Below the pieces are notes generated by a model. It was not told the origin of the DNA. It ran no database searches and worked only from the letters and a program-made list of their open reading frames with translations. From assembly GCA_964383635.1 (NCBI GenBank), contig CAYLIG010000003.1, forward strand, positions 32,097 to 96,096: a DNA stretch of 64,000 bases. The letters are read 5' to 3'. Of this stretch, positions 47,983 to 56,529 are shown in pieces. The stretch is from an uncultured Christensenella sp. Lineage in GTDB: Bacteria > Bacillota > Clostridia > Christensenellales > CAG-138. How positions within the stretch are numbered: position 1 is the first letter of the stretch; every line of letters starts with the position of its first letter. The translations under genes and the position numbers were made by a program.

Positions 47983-49722
47983 ATGCACAGAGAAGAATAT
48001 CCGCGTCCGGCATTTGCCCGCGCATCCTGGCAAAATCTGAACGGAGAATGGGAGTTCGAAATCGAGCAGAGCGGCAGGGACTACCTTGCCGATGCAAAAT
48101 ATCTCTCCCGCATCGAAGTCCCGTTTTGCCCCGAAAGCATACTCTCCGGTATTGCCAACACGGAGCCGATGTTTTCCGTCTGGTACCGCCGCTCGTTTAC
48201 GCTGACGCCGCAAGCGCTCGCGGGCAGTGTACTGCTGCACTTCGGCGCGGTGGATTTTTCCGCCGCCGTATTCGTCAACGGCACAAGAGTCGGCGCGCAC
48301 AACGGCGGTTACACGCCCTTTTCGTTCGATGTCAGCGCCTTTGTCCGCGCGGGCGAAAACACGCTGGTCGTCAACGCGAAGGACGATTATCGGGACGGTA
48401 CCATCCCCTCCGGCAAACAGTCCGAAAAGCCGCTGAGCGAAGGATGCATGTATACCCGAACGACCGGAATCTGGCAGACCGTTTGGCTGGAGTTCACCGG
48501 AAAAACCTATTTTCAAAATGCGAAGATCACCGCTAATCCGGCCGATCGATCCATCTGTATCCAAGCCGAACTCAACAAGAGCACATCCGGCGTATGCACC
48601 GCCTCCATTGATTATCGCGGGACGTTTTTATCCAGTCATAGCTGTCTGGTTGACGGCGCGGCGTTCACGTTTACGCTGAATCTCGACTGTGATATCGAAC
48701 TCTGGGATGTGCTTCAGCCGAATCTTTACGACATTCTGCTGCAGCTGGAGAAGGACGGCCAAACGGCCGACGAAGTAAAGACCTACTGCGGGTTTAGAAC
48801 CCTTGAAATCCGGGGCAAACAGCTCCTGCTCAACGGAAAGCCGCTGTTTTTAAAGCAGGTGCTGGATCAGGGATATTATCCGGACGGCGTCTACACCGCG
48901 CCGCGCGTACAGGATATCGAGCGCGATATCGACACCGCGATCGCGCTTGGATTCAACGGCGCACGCCCGCATGAAAAGGTATTTGAAGAGCGGTATCTGT
49001 ATTACGCCGACCGAAAAGGGTTCCTGCTTTGGGGAGAGTACCCCAATTGGAACTGCAAGATGAAGCCGAGCAACCCCGCCGGAATGCGGAATATTCTCAG
49101 CGAATGGCAAGCCGTGCTGGAGCGCGATTACAACCATCCTTCCGTCATCGGTTGGTGCCCGCTGAACGAGGCTCGCTTCGGCTGGAACGGCGAGACGGAT
49201 TATGCGGGTCAGAAATCGCTTTATGATCTGACAAAGGCATATGACAAGACCCGCCCGGTCATCGGCAGCAGCGGCGGCGACCTATACGTAACCGATATCC
49301 ACGATGTGCATTTTTATACGCACGATGGTGAAACGCTGAAAAAACTTGTGCGCAGCGGTCGCTACAGCGAAATACCCGAATTCGTCTATTTCATCTTGCG
49401 AATCTTCCAAAAGAAGCTGCTTAAAAAAAAGAACTTGCTGAAATTGCCCTGCTTTGTCTCTGAATATGGCGGCCTGTCATACCTGGTCGAGGGGAAGTCC
49501 TGGGGCTACCACGGAAAATATGCCTTGGAAGAAGAGTTCGTTGAGAAGTACTGCGAGCTGACAAACGCGCTCTTTGATCTCGACTGTATCGGGTTTTGCT
49601 ATACGCAGTTATACGACGTGGAGCAGGAACAAAACGGGATTCTCAAATACGACCGTTCGCCAAAGCTCTCCGCCGAAGGAATGGAAAAAATACGAATCTG
49701 TAACATGCAACAAAAGAAATAA
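47983..49722 (+). CDS. Glycoside hydrolase family 2 (beta-galactosidase/glucuronidase-like)
   Basis: NLNGEW.F, LHFGAVD, GIWQTVWLE, LDQGYYPDG, WCPLNE (acid/base), SEYGG (nucleophile). Confidence 0.92.
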   Translation: MHREEYPRPAFARASWQNLNGEWEFEIEQSGRDYLADAKYLSRIEVPFCPESILSGIANTEPMFSVWYRRSFTLTPQALAGSVLLHFGAVDFSAAVFVNGTRVGAHNGGYTPFSFDVSAFVRAGENTLVVNAKDDYRDGTIPSGKQSEKPLSEGCMYTRTTGIWQTVWLEFTGKTYFQNAKITANPADRSICIQAELNKSTSGVCTASIDYRGTFLSSHSCLVDGAAFTFTLNLDCDIELWDVLQPNLYDILLQLEKDGQTADEVKTYCGFRTLEIRGKQLLLNGKPLFLKQVLDQGYYPDGVYTAPRVQDIERDIDTAIALGFNGARPHEKVFEERYLYYADRKGFLLWGEYPNWNCKMKPSNPAGMRNILSEWQAVLERDYNHPSVIGWCPLNEARFGWNGETDYAGQKSLYDLTKAYDKTRPVIGSSGGDLYVTDIHDVHFYTHDGETLKKLVRSGRYSEIPEFVYFILRIFQKKLLKKKNLLKLPCFVSEYGGLSYLVEGKSWGYHGKYALEEEFVEKYCELTNALFDLDCIGFCYTQLYDVEQEQNGILKYDRSPKLSAEGMEKIRICNMQQKK

Positions 49723-49751
49723 CGCCAAAAAACAGAAATCGGGAGGCAGTC

Positions 49752-51149
49752 ATGGAGAAGGGAAACAAACTCAGTCCCAGAAACTGGACCAGTATTGCAA
49801 TGTTTGCAGGTCTCGGCAGCGTTGCATGGTGTATGGAAAACGATTTTTTGAATCTGTTTATCGACCGGACGATATCGACCAATCCTCTTGTGATCTCCTT
49901 GATCGTCGCCGCAAGCGCGATCACCGCGGCGCTCACCACGATGCTGGTCGGCATTTTGCTGGATAAGCTCGGCAAGCGCGTCCCGTTCATAAGCTGGGGT
50001 TATATCATCTGGGGTTTCGTGATTATGGCCTTCGCACTCATCAACGTCAAAGGCATATCGTCCGTGTTTGGCATTTCGGAAAGCGCCGCCGTCGCCGTCT
50101 GTATCGTTCTGGTAACGCTGATGGACTGCGTCATGACGTTTTTCGGATCCACCGCCAACGACGCGGCATTCAACGCCTGGGTAACAGATATCACAAATCC
50201 GTTCAATCGCGGCAGAGTGGAAGGCGTGCTTGGCATATTCGGCTTTGTGGGGACTGCCATTGTATTCCTGTTCGATTTCATCGGCGGGATCACGTATAAC
50301 CACTATTTTGACGCGGCAGGCAACGAGGTGTCCAACTATGTAGAAGGCGGCACGGTCGTACACGGCAACTGGACGCTGTTCTTTGTCGTCATCGGCGTGC
50401 TTGTGCTCATAGCCGGCATCTTCGGAAAATTTGTAACGCGGGACGCACCGGATCTGAAGCCAAATGCGGACAGCCGCTTTCGAAATATTCTGTATGGGTT
50501 TAAGCCGAGCGTTATCAAGGAGAATAAAAAGCTGTATACAACGTTGATGGGCAGCTCTCTGCTTGGCATCGCCGGAATGACGTATGTGCCTTATATGCTC
50601 ATCTATATGGAGCGGACAATCGGGTTTAAAGACTATATTCTCCCCTATGGTTTTCTGAATATTGTCAGCGTAATGTTTGGATTTGCATTCGGCATCTATG
50701 CGGATCGAAAAGGAAGAAAGCTTCGGTACATCCTTCCTGGTATTGTCGTATACATCATTGGCTGCATCATCATGTTCTATGGAACAACCGCCAACTTTGC
50801 CGGCAACGCGATCTTCGTGCTATGCGCGGGTTCTATGATCGGCGGCTTCGGCGGGGCGATGATCGCCAACGTATTCAACGCCAAGACCCGCGACTACACG
50901 CCAAAGGACCGGGTCGGACTATTTCAGGGCGTTCGAATGGTCTTTAACATCATGATTCCCATGTGTATCGGTCCCGTGATTACCGCCTGCATTAACAACA
51001 TCAATAAACAGAACATCATCGGATATGATAGCTTAGGCAATGAAATTTTCAACTATTCTTCCACGATGTTCCTCTTCGGCGCCGCCTTGGTGCTTCTCGT
51101 ATTGATCCCGCTGAAGATGCTGCGCCGATTCGAGCGGGAGGAAGCGTAA
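49752..51149 (+). CDS. MFS sugar transporter
   Basis: About 12 TM helices; DKLGKR motif A. Confidence 0.9.
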   Translation: MEKGNKLSPRNWTSIAMFAGLGSVAWCMENDFLNLFIDRTISTNPLVISLIVAASAITAALTTMLVGILLDKLGKRVPFISWGYIIWGFVIMAFALINVKGISSVFGISESAAVAVCIVLVTLMDCVMTFFGSTANDAAFNAWVTDITNPFNRGRVEGVLGIFGFVGTAIVFLFDFIGGITYNHYFDAAGNEVSNYVEGGTVVHGNWTLFFVVIGVLVLIAGIFGKFVTRDAPDLKPNADSRFRNILYGFKPSVIKENKKLYTTLMGSSLLGIAGMTYVPYMLIYMERTIGFKDYILPYGFLNIVSVMFGFAFGIYADRKGRKLRYILPGIVVYIIGCIIMFYGTTANFAGNAIFVLCAGSMIGGFGGAMIANVFNAKTRDYTPKDRVGLFQGVRMVFNIMIPMCIGPVITACINNINKQNIIGYDSLGNEIFNYSSTMFLFGAALVLLVLIPLKMLRRFEREEA

Positions 51150-51168
51150 TTCCCCTGATTGTCTCGCC

Positions 51169-51203
51169 GGACGGCGCGCAGAAAATCCCCCGGCGCGCCG
51201 TCC
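51169..51203. terminator. Hairpin between convergent MFS and tetR genes
   Basis: GGACGGCGCGC...GCGCGCCGTCC 11-bp perfect stem. Confidence 0.55.
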
Positions 51204-51257
51204 GCATCTTGTGCGCTGGCGATTGCCGAGAGGAAAAATGCGTTCAATATACCCACA

Positions 51258-51324
51258 GCCGGTTCGTGTCCGGATAACAAGGGAAAATATGTTCGATATA
51301 TCCTCGGCCGGTTCGTGTCCGGAT
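51258..51324. repeat. Exact 18-bp direct repeat GCCGGTTCGTGTCCGGAT (period 49)
   Basis: Copies at 51258-51275 and 51307-51324, with weakly similar upstream flanks. Confidence 0.85.
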
Positions 51325-51333
51325 GTCAGTCGT

Positions 51334-51960
51334 TCATCTCTTATCCCGCGCGTCCGCGCCAATTGCCTGAATCATCAGCGTGCGAAACATTTCCTCAAAG
51401 TCGACATCTGCGCAGTATTCCTCCCTGAGATGGTTCCGCCGAAGGATCAGGCGCTGAAACAATGCAAAGAAGCTCTGGGCAATGAAATGATACAATTCGT
51501 TTGCAGAAAACGCCGTATGAATCGATCCGTCCGCAATGCCTTCTACCATATACCGGTAAAGCGGATCGTTTTTCGGGTGAATGTTGTCGATGAATGTTCG
51601 TGTTAACCCGCTGTTCGGATACTCGTTTTGAAAATAGCGGTCAAACTCCGCCGTAAAACGAATCCAGTCTTGAATTTTATCCAGCTCCACGCGCGAAAAA
51701 TACGCGCGGATGTGCTCCGCGCCCGTACCCGGTTCGTCCGGCGCAACCAGCGCGCTCATATAGCGCTGAATCCGCTCCATGACGATCATCTCAACTTCAA
51801 ACGCAAGCAGGTCTTTGGTCGGAAAATAGCGATACAGCGTTCGGCGGTTGATTTCGCAGTCTTTGGCGATATCGGTCATCTGCGTTCTTTCAATGCCGTC
51901 CGCAATAAACCTGCGCTCCGCAATCTCCAGAATTCGTTCCCGTGTGCTCTTTTCCCCCAC
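51334..51960 (-). CDS. TetR-family transcriptional regulator
   Basis: TRERILEIAERRF...G...T.MTDIA..CEINRRTLYRYFPTKD; GTG start after GAGGGG. Confidence 0.92.
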   Translation of the reverse strand: MGEKSTRERILEIAERRFIADGIERTQMTDIAKDCEINRRTLYRYFPTKDLLAFEVEMIVMERIQRYMSALVAPDEPGTGAEHIRAYFSRVELDKIQDWIRFTAEFDRYFQNEYPNSGLTRTFIDNIHPKNDPLYRYMVEGIADGSIHTAFSANELYHFIAQSFFALFQRLILRRNHLREEYCADVDFEEMFRTLMIQAIGADARDKR

Positions 51961-52375
51961 GTGTCTTCCCCCTCGCCGCGCTACCATACTCATCAATATA
52001 GCATGCTTTTTTCAGTGTGGCAATCGCTTCACAGCCGGAGCGGGTGTCCTCTTTGTTATGCCGCGGCGAGTCGTCCCCTCGCGCGCCGGAACACGGCAGA
52101 AAGCAAAATCTTCCGTGATCGGGGCGAACCGCCTTCACCTCCCGCCGGTCCGCGCTTCCAACGAAGAATGCATGCCGACGTATAGACTTCGCCTCGGATC
52201 GACTGTACAATAGAAACGATACGGGAACACCGATACAAGAAACGATACGCGCTCGGGACGTGCGGAATGTGTCCGGCAGCCGACGTCCGGCGATCCGCCG
52301 GAACGCGCCGCCCGAATACGGTTGCATCCGGTTTGTGGCCGGGCCACGACAACTGTGTGAAATTGTAAAACCGCC

Positions 52376-52404
52376 TTGCGCATCGTGCCAAATCAAGGTA
52401 TTCT
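52376..52404 (+). promoter_or_regulatory. Candidate sigma-A promoter of the five-gene TIR/kinase operon
   Basis: TTGCGC-N17-TATTCT, about 110 nt upstream of the AAGGAG RBS at 52504. Confidence 0.45.
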
Positions 52405-52516
52405 GATGATAATCGAGTCTTATGTAAGCATTTCGGTCAGTGATATCGAGCGGACTTGCTCCGTATTCCGAATCACAAACGCGTTCGATTCATCCAGACA
52501 TAAAGGAGTATAAGAC

Positions 52517-54541
52517 ATGGGATACACCGCTTTACTCAACATGAAGGAACGAAACCGCGCCGATTACGGGGTGCAAGATTCCGTGCGCATCCCAGAGCTT
52601 CCGAAGTCTAAACGGCGCTATGGAGCAGAAGCCCTGTCCTTTCTGCGCGAGAGCTGCGAGGATCTGAAATTTGACACAAGCCCCGAGCGGAACAGCCTTT
52701 CCGATTCCGACGGTAGAAGCTCCGGGAAAAACCTGATTCCGTTCAACATGGAGCGCGACCTTGACCGTCTCAGCTTCGAGACGGCAGTCGGCAGGTTTCT
52801 CGCCTCCGGTTCGAAGGAGGATGCCTTCGATATCTACTACTGTTACTGCGAGATATTTAAGCCTTTCGGCTCGGGTTATGATTCCACAGGGCTGCTGCTT
52901 GAGCTTTTGAGCGAACACGAGTCCAACGCCAGTTCGCTTTTAATGAAGCACCGCGACCACTATTCTCACAGCGTCTATGTGTTTCTGATCGGGCTGGCAA
53001 TCTATAAAAACCACGCGGGGTTCCGAACCGCATACAACACCAAATACGGCTTTGCGGAAGGCAAGGAAGCCGCCTGTCATTTCCTCGAGTTCTGGGGGCT
53101 GACGTCCTTGTTTCACGACGTCGGCTATCCGTTTGAGATTGCGCACCAGCAGATGAAAGCGTATGTCTGCAAGCTGGACAAGAGCAATAACGACGCGTAT
53201 GGCTTTGCGCCCTATGTGTCCTATCGAAACATGGACGAGTTCGCCATTTCAAGGCTGGGCGACCTGAACGATCTCTACGCAAAAGCGATTACCGAACGAC
53301 TGAGCGGGCGCTATCTGACCCGCACGGAGGTCGAGCCTTATTATGCCGAGCACAGCCTGCGAAAATCTCTGAAAGACCGCGCCATCCATGAAAACCCCGC
53401 GGAAAAGGACTATCTCTACATGGATCACGCCTATTTCAGCGGGCTGATCATGGCAAAGACGTTTCTGTGCAGTCATAAGGAAATCGGACGCTATGAACAG
53501 CTGCCGGCTCCGGCGCTAGATGCCTTTTGCGCCATCATCCTGCACAACAGCCTCTTTAAATTCACAATGCGCTCCTTCCTGCACACGTCAGAACCGCTCC
53601 GCCTATCGGACGGTCAGCCGCTTGCGTATCTTTTGATGCTCTGCGACGAGATGCAGTGCTGGGACAGGACTTCCTACGGGCAGAACAGCCGCAGCGGCAT
53701 CTATGCCTTTGATTTTGACATCGACTTCACCAGGGATGGAATACGCTGGATTTACTATTACGACAAGACCTATCAAAGCAAGGTCTGCGCAGCAAAATCC
53801 TATCAGGATATGCTGCACGACGGATACACAAAAAAGTCCGGCGCGATCCGGGAAAACCGCAGTAAATTCGCAGACGACATCGACGAGATTATCAGCGTAA
53901 AGGATATCGTTCCCTCGTTCGAGCCAAACGTCAAACTGCCGGATCCCAGCGATATCATCGAAGTTTGCATCGAGGACAAGCAAAAAAAGACCGGCCTGTA
54001 TCTCTCCGACAGCAATTACCTGAACCTCTATCGATTTGCGCTCGCGCTCAACGGGCGTTACGCCGGCGCAAAGACCGACGACGAGATGAGAAAGGCGTTC
54101 GAGGAATGCCTGTCCCTGGAATACAAGCTCTCCAACATCGCGCAGGCAAAGGGATTTGCCGCGCAGTTGGAGTCCATCGGCTGCTTCTACACCGATCGGG
54201 CGGTGGATTATACCCCCGTGACAGATTTCAAGGCGCTGACCAAAGAAGCGGGACACGAGGATGATCTGACGAATATCGCCATTGCCGAGCACGAACGCTG
54301 GTGCGTCGAAAAGCGCGCGATGGGATGGGATTACGGCGTCGGTCATGTCGGCGCGATCACGCTGGAGAGCGGCAAAAAGAAGAACGACGCCGTGATGCGG
54401 GAGCATCTGCGGCTGCATCACGACCTCGTAGACTACTCCGGGTTGGAGGCGGAAGAGCGCTTTAAGGATTCCGATCCAATGGAGCAGATGCTGGAGCTGA
54501 TACGCGAATACGACGGACTGACGATCTACAGAATGCACTGA
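52517..54541 (+). CDS. HD-superfamily phosphohydrolase fused to a C-terminal RyR (ryanodine-receptor repeat) domain
   Basis: HRDHYSHS..V...G, LFHDVGYP, DHAYFS, IILHN, LCDEMQCWDR; C-terminal AEHERW...K...GW.YG...H.DLV.Y..L...E..KD. Confidence 0.72.
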   Translation: MGYTALLNMKERNRADYGVQDSVRIPELPKSKRRYGAEALSFLRESCEDLKFDTSPERNSLSDSDGRSSGKNLIPFNMERDLDRLSFETAVGRFLASGSKEDAFDIYYCYCEIFKPFGSGYDSTGLLLELLSEHESNASSLLMKHRDHYSHSVYVFLIGLAIYKNHAGFRTAYNTKYGFAEGKEAACHFLEFWGLTSLFHDVGYPFEIAHQQMKAYVCKLDKSNNDAYGFAPYVSYRNMDEFAISRLGDLNDLYAKAITERLSGRYLTRTEVEPYYAEHSLRKSLKDRAIHENPAEKDYLYMDHAYFSGLIMAKTFLCSHKEIGRYEQLPAPALDAFCAIILHNSLFKFTMRSFLHTSEPLRLSDGQPLAYLLMLCDEMQCWDRTSYGQNSRSGIYAFDFDIDFTRDGIRWIYYYDKTYQSKVCAAKSYQDMLHDGYTKKSGAIRENRSKFADDIDEIISVKDIVPSFEPNVKLPDPSDIIEVCIEDKQKKTGLYLSDSNYLNLYRFALALNGRYAGAKTDDEMRKAFEECLSLEYKLSNIAQAKGFAAQLESIGCFYTDRAVDYTPVTDFKALTKEAGHEDDLTNIAIAEHERWCVEKRAMGWDYGVGHVGAITLESGKKKNDAVMREHLRLHHDLVDYSGLEAEERFKDSDPMEQMLELIREYDGLTIYRMH

Positions 54542-54620
54542 CGTGCCGGTCGCATTCCGTCTGGAGCTGATATGAAACATACGATGACGACATGATCGCA
54601 ATCATTCCAAGGAGATAGCA

Positions 54621-56477
54621 ATGGGAATTCTTGACAAGATCAAAAGCAAAAAACCGCAGCAAACGAATGCCGCGGCCGCCGATTCCCCGGAAAATCTGCT
54701 CGTCCCCGGGATAGGCCGCATCCCCTTTCCGGCATACCGCGGAAAAGAGCCGTATATCTTCATCAGCTATGCGCACAGGGATTCCGACATTGTGTTCCCT
54801 GAGATCAAGCGTTTCAACGAACAAGGATACCGGGTTTGGTACGACGAAGGAATCTCTCCCGGAAACGAATGGACGGACGAAATTGCGGACGCGCTTTCGG
54901 GCTGCTTTCTCTTCATTGTGATGATGACCCCGAACGCCGTCGACTCCCACAACGTACAAAACGAGATTAATTACGCAATCGACGAGCGGAAACCATTCGT
55001 CGCCATCCATCTGGTTGAAACCAACCTACGGGGCGGGCTGAAGCTGCAAATTGGAACCAAGCAGGCAATTCTCAAATATAACATGACGCAAAACGAGTAT
55101 ATTTACAAATATACTTCCGCCTTTGAGCGGCTCGGCATGCGCTGCAATAACGCCGGTCAGGCCGCGGCTCCCGCTTCGCCTGTCAAGGCGCCGCCCGTCG
55201 ACGCGGCTTCGGCGGCGGAGCGTGAAGCGGCGCAAAAAAGAGTCGAACGGTTCGAGATCGAGCGGATCCAGAATTCGGAGGCAACGCTGATTGATTTCGA
55301 GTGGGCCGGGTCAGCCGTGAAAGTCTATCACGGAATTAAAAAGCGGTTTACCGTGCCCGACAAAGCGACGGGCATCCTATCGTTTGCTTTCAAGAGCCGT
55401 GATTATATCGAGCGGGTTACCCTGCCGAAAACCGTGACGCGGCTAGGCGCCGACTCTTTTTTCGATTGCCCGAATTTCGAACTCGCCGTAATCGAAAACG
55501 AAGCCGTCACGTTTGACGATCCCGGCGCGTTTTCCCTTTGCCCGAAGCTGACGGTGCAGTGCAAAAAAGACTCCGTGACGCACCAAAACCTGCAAAAAAC
55601 GTTTTCCGGGACGATTTCGTTCTTCGATGAGCCGGCAAAGGGACCGACGGCCGCGCCGAGCCCCGTCCAGAGCACGCCGCAAGCGCCTTCCGCCGCTATG
55701 GCCGCAGACGAAAAGAAGCATCCCTGGGGCGATTATGTTCCTATGGGCACGGCCTACATCACGCTGCTGGACGGCACGGTTCACGAAGCCATCGCAAACT
55801 CTCTGCTATGCTGCGCCACGGGCATAGAGGCCAGCGCGGGCAATTATCAGCGGCTGTACTCCGGGCTGGACAACCCATCCAGCGACTTCGCGTACAAACT
55901 TGAAAAAATGGTTTTGTTTGCGGACATGCAGTCTCTTTTTCGACGGGAAGACACGCTGATTGCGCGCGATTTCGACGACGAGGAGACGGTGATCCATCCG
56001 GTGAAAGGGATGACGCTCCGGTTTATCGACGGAACCGACGGCAAGAAATTCAACAGCATCGCAATCGACGATTTGCGGGAAATTACCTTCGAGCGTTTTA
56101 TCACGCCCGCGTTCGAGATCAGCAGCTGTCTGCTGACGTTTGACGAGGGCGCTTTGTCGGTTCCCTTTCCCTATTTGATCTTCAACGTCGATCTGAGCAG
56201 CAACGGAATACCGGAGATGACGCTTACCACCGATCTTTCGCCGGTCGCCGGTTTTCCGCTGACGCTGAAACGCATCCGTAAACTGACAATCGCTAAGCTG
56301 ATGAAGGCTGCCGTCATGTACAGCCCGCTTACCGAAGCGGAGATTGAAGTCGAGCTGAAAAACGGCGATACAAACCGCTTTACCATCAACCGCCGGATCA
56401 TGATACTGGCGCTCACCGGAAAGGGCGTGCTCAAAAGCTTCGGACTCGAAAAGCTCAAACGCATCGATATGCCATAA
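54621..56477 (+). CDS. TIR-domain protein with short BspA-like LRR block and an unrecognised C-terminal domain
   Basis: YIFISYAHRD...VWYDEGI..G.EW...IA.AL......MTPNA..S.NVQNEI.YA (TIR_2, Glu at 54962-54964); central VTLPKTVTRLG..SF..C; no signal peptide. Confidence 0.82.
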   Translation: MGILDKIKSKKPQQTNAAAADSPENLLVPGIGRIPFPAYRGKEPYIFISYAHRDSDIVFPEIKRFNEQGYRVWYDEGISPGNEWTDEIADALSGCFLFIVMMTPNAVDSHNVQNEINYAIDERKPFVAIHLVETNLRGGLKLQIGTKQAILKYNMTQNEYIYKYTSAFERLGMRCNNAGQAAAPASPVKAPPVDAASAAEREAAQKRVERFEIERIQNSEATLIDFEWAGSAVKVYHGIKKRFTVPDKATGILSFAFKSRDYIERVTLPKTVTRLGADSFFDCPNFELAVIENEAVTFDDPGAFSLCPKLTVQCKKDSVTHQNLQKTFSGTISFFDEPAKGPTAAPSPVQSTPQAPSAAMAADEKKHPWGDYVPMGTAYITLLDGTVHEAIANSLLCCATGIEASAGNYQRLYSGLDNPSSDFAYKLEKMVLFADMQSLFRREDTLIARDFDDEETVIHPVKGMTLRFIDGTDGKKFNSIAIDDLREITFERFITPAFEISSCLLTFDEGALSVPFPYLIFNVDLSSNGIPEMTLTTDLSPVAGFPLTLKRIRKLTIAKLMKAAVMYSPLTEAEIEVELKNGDTNRFTINRRIMILALTGKGVLKSFGLEKLKRIDMP

Positions 56478-56529
56478 TAGCGCCCGGTGATTTGCGGAAC
56501 GGATTACGGTTGTCGCAGGAGGTAAATCT

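Noticed and set aside
47020-51960. AraC-GH2-MFS-TetR block as a novel system
   Set aside because: Ordinary sugar-utilisation arrangement with nothing unusual in the motifs.
52000-52330. Possible structured ncRNA or riboswitch in the long GC-rich gap
   Set aside because: No T-box, cobalamin, c-di-GMP, RNase P or SRP signature recognised by eye; an Infernal/Rfam scan would be needed.
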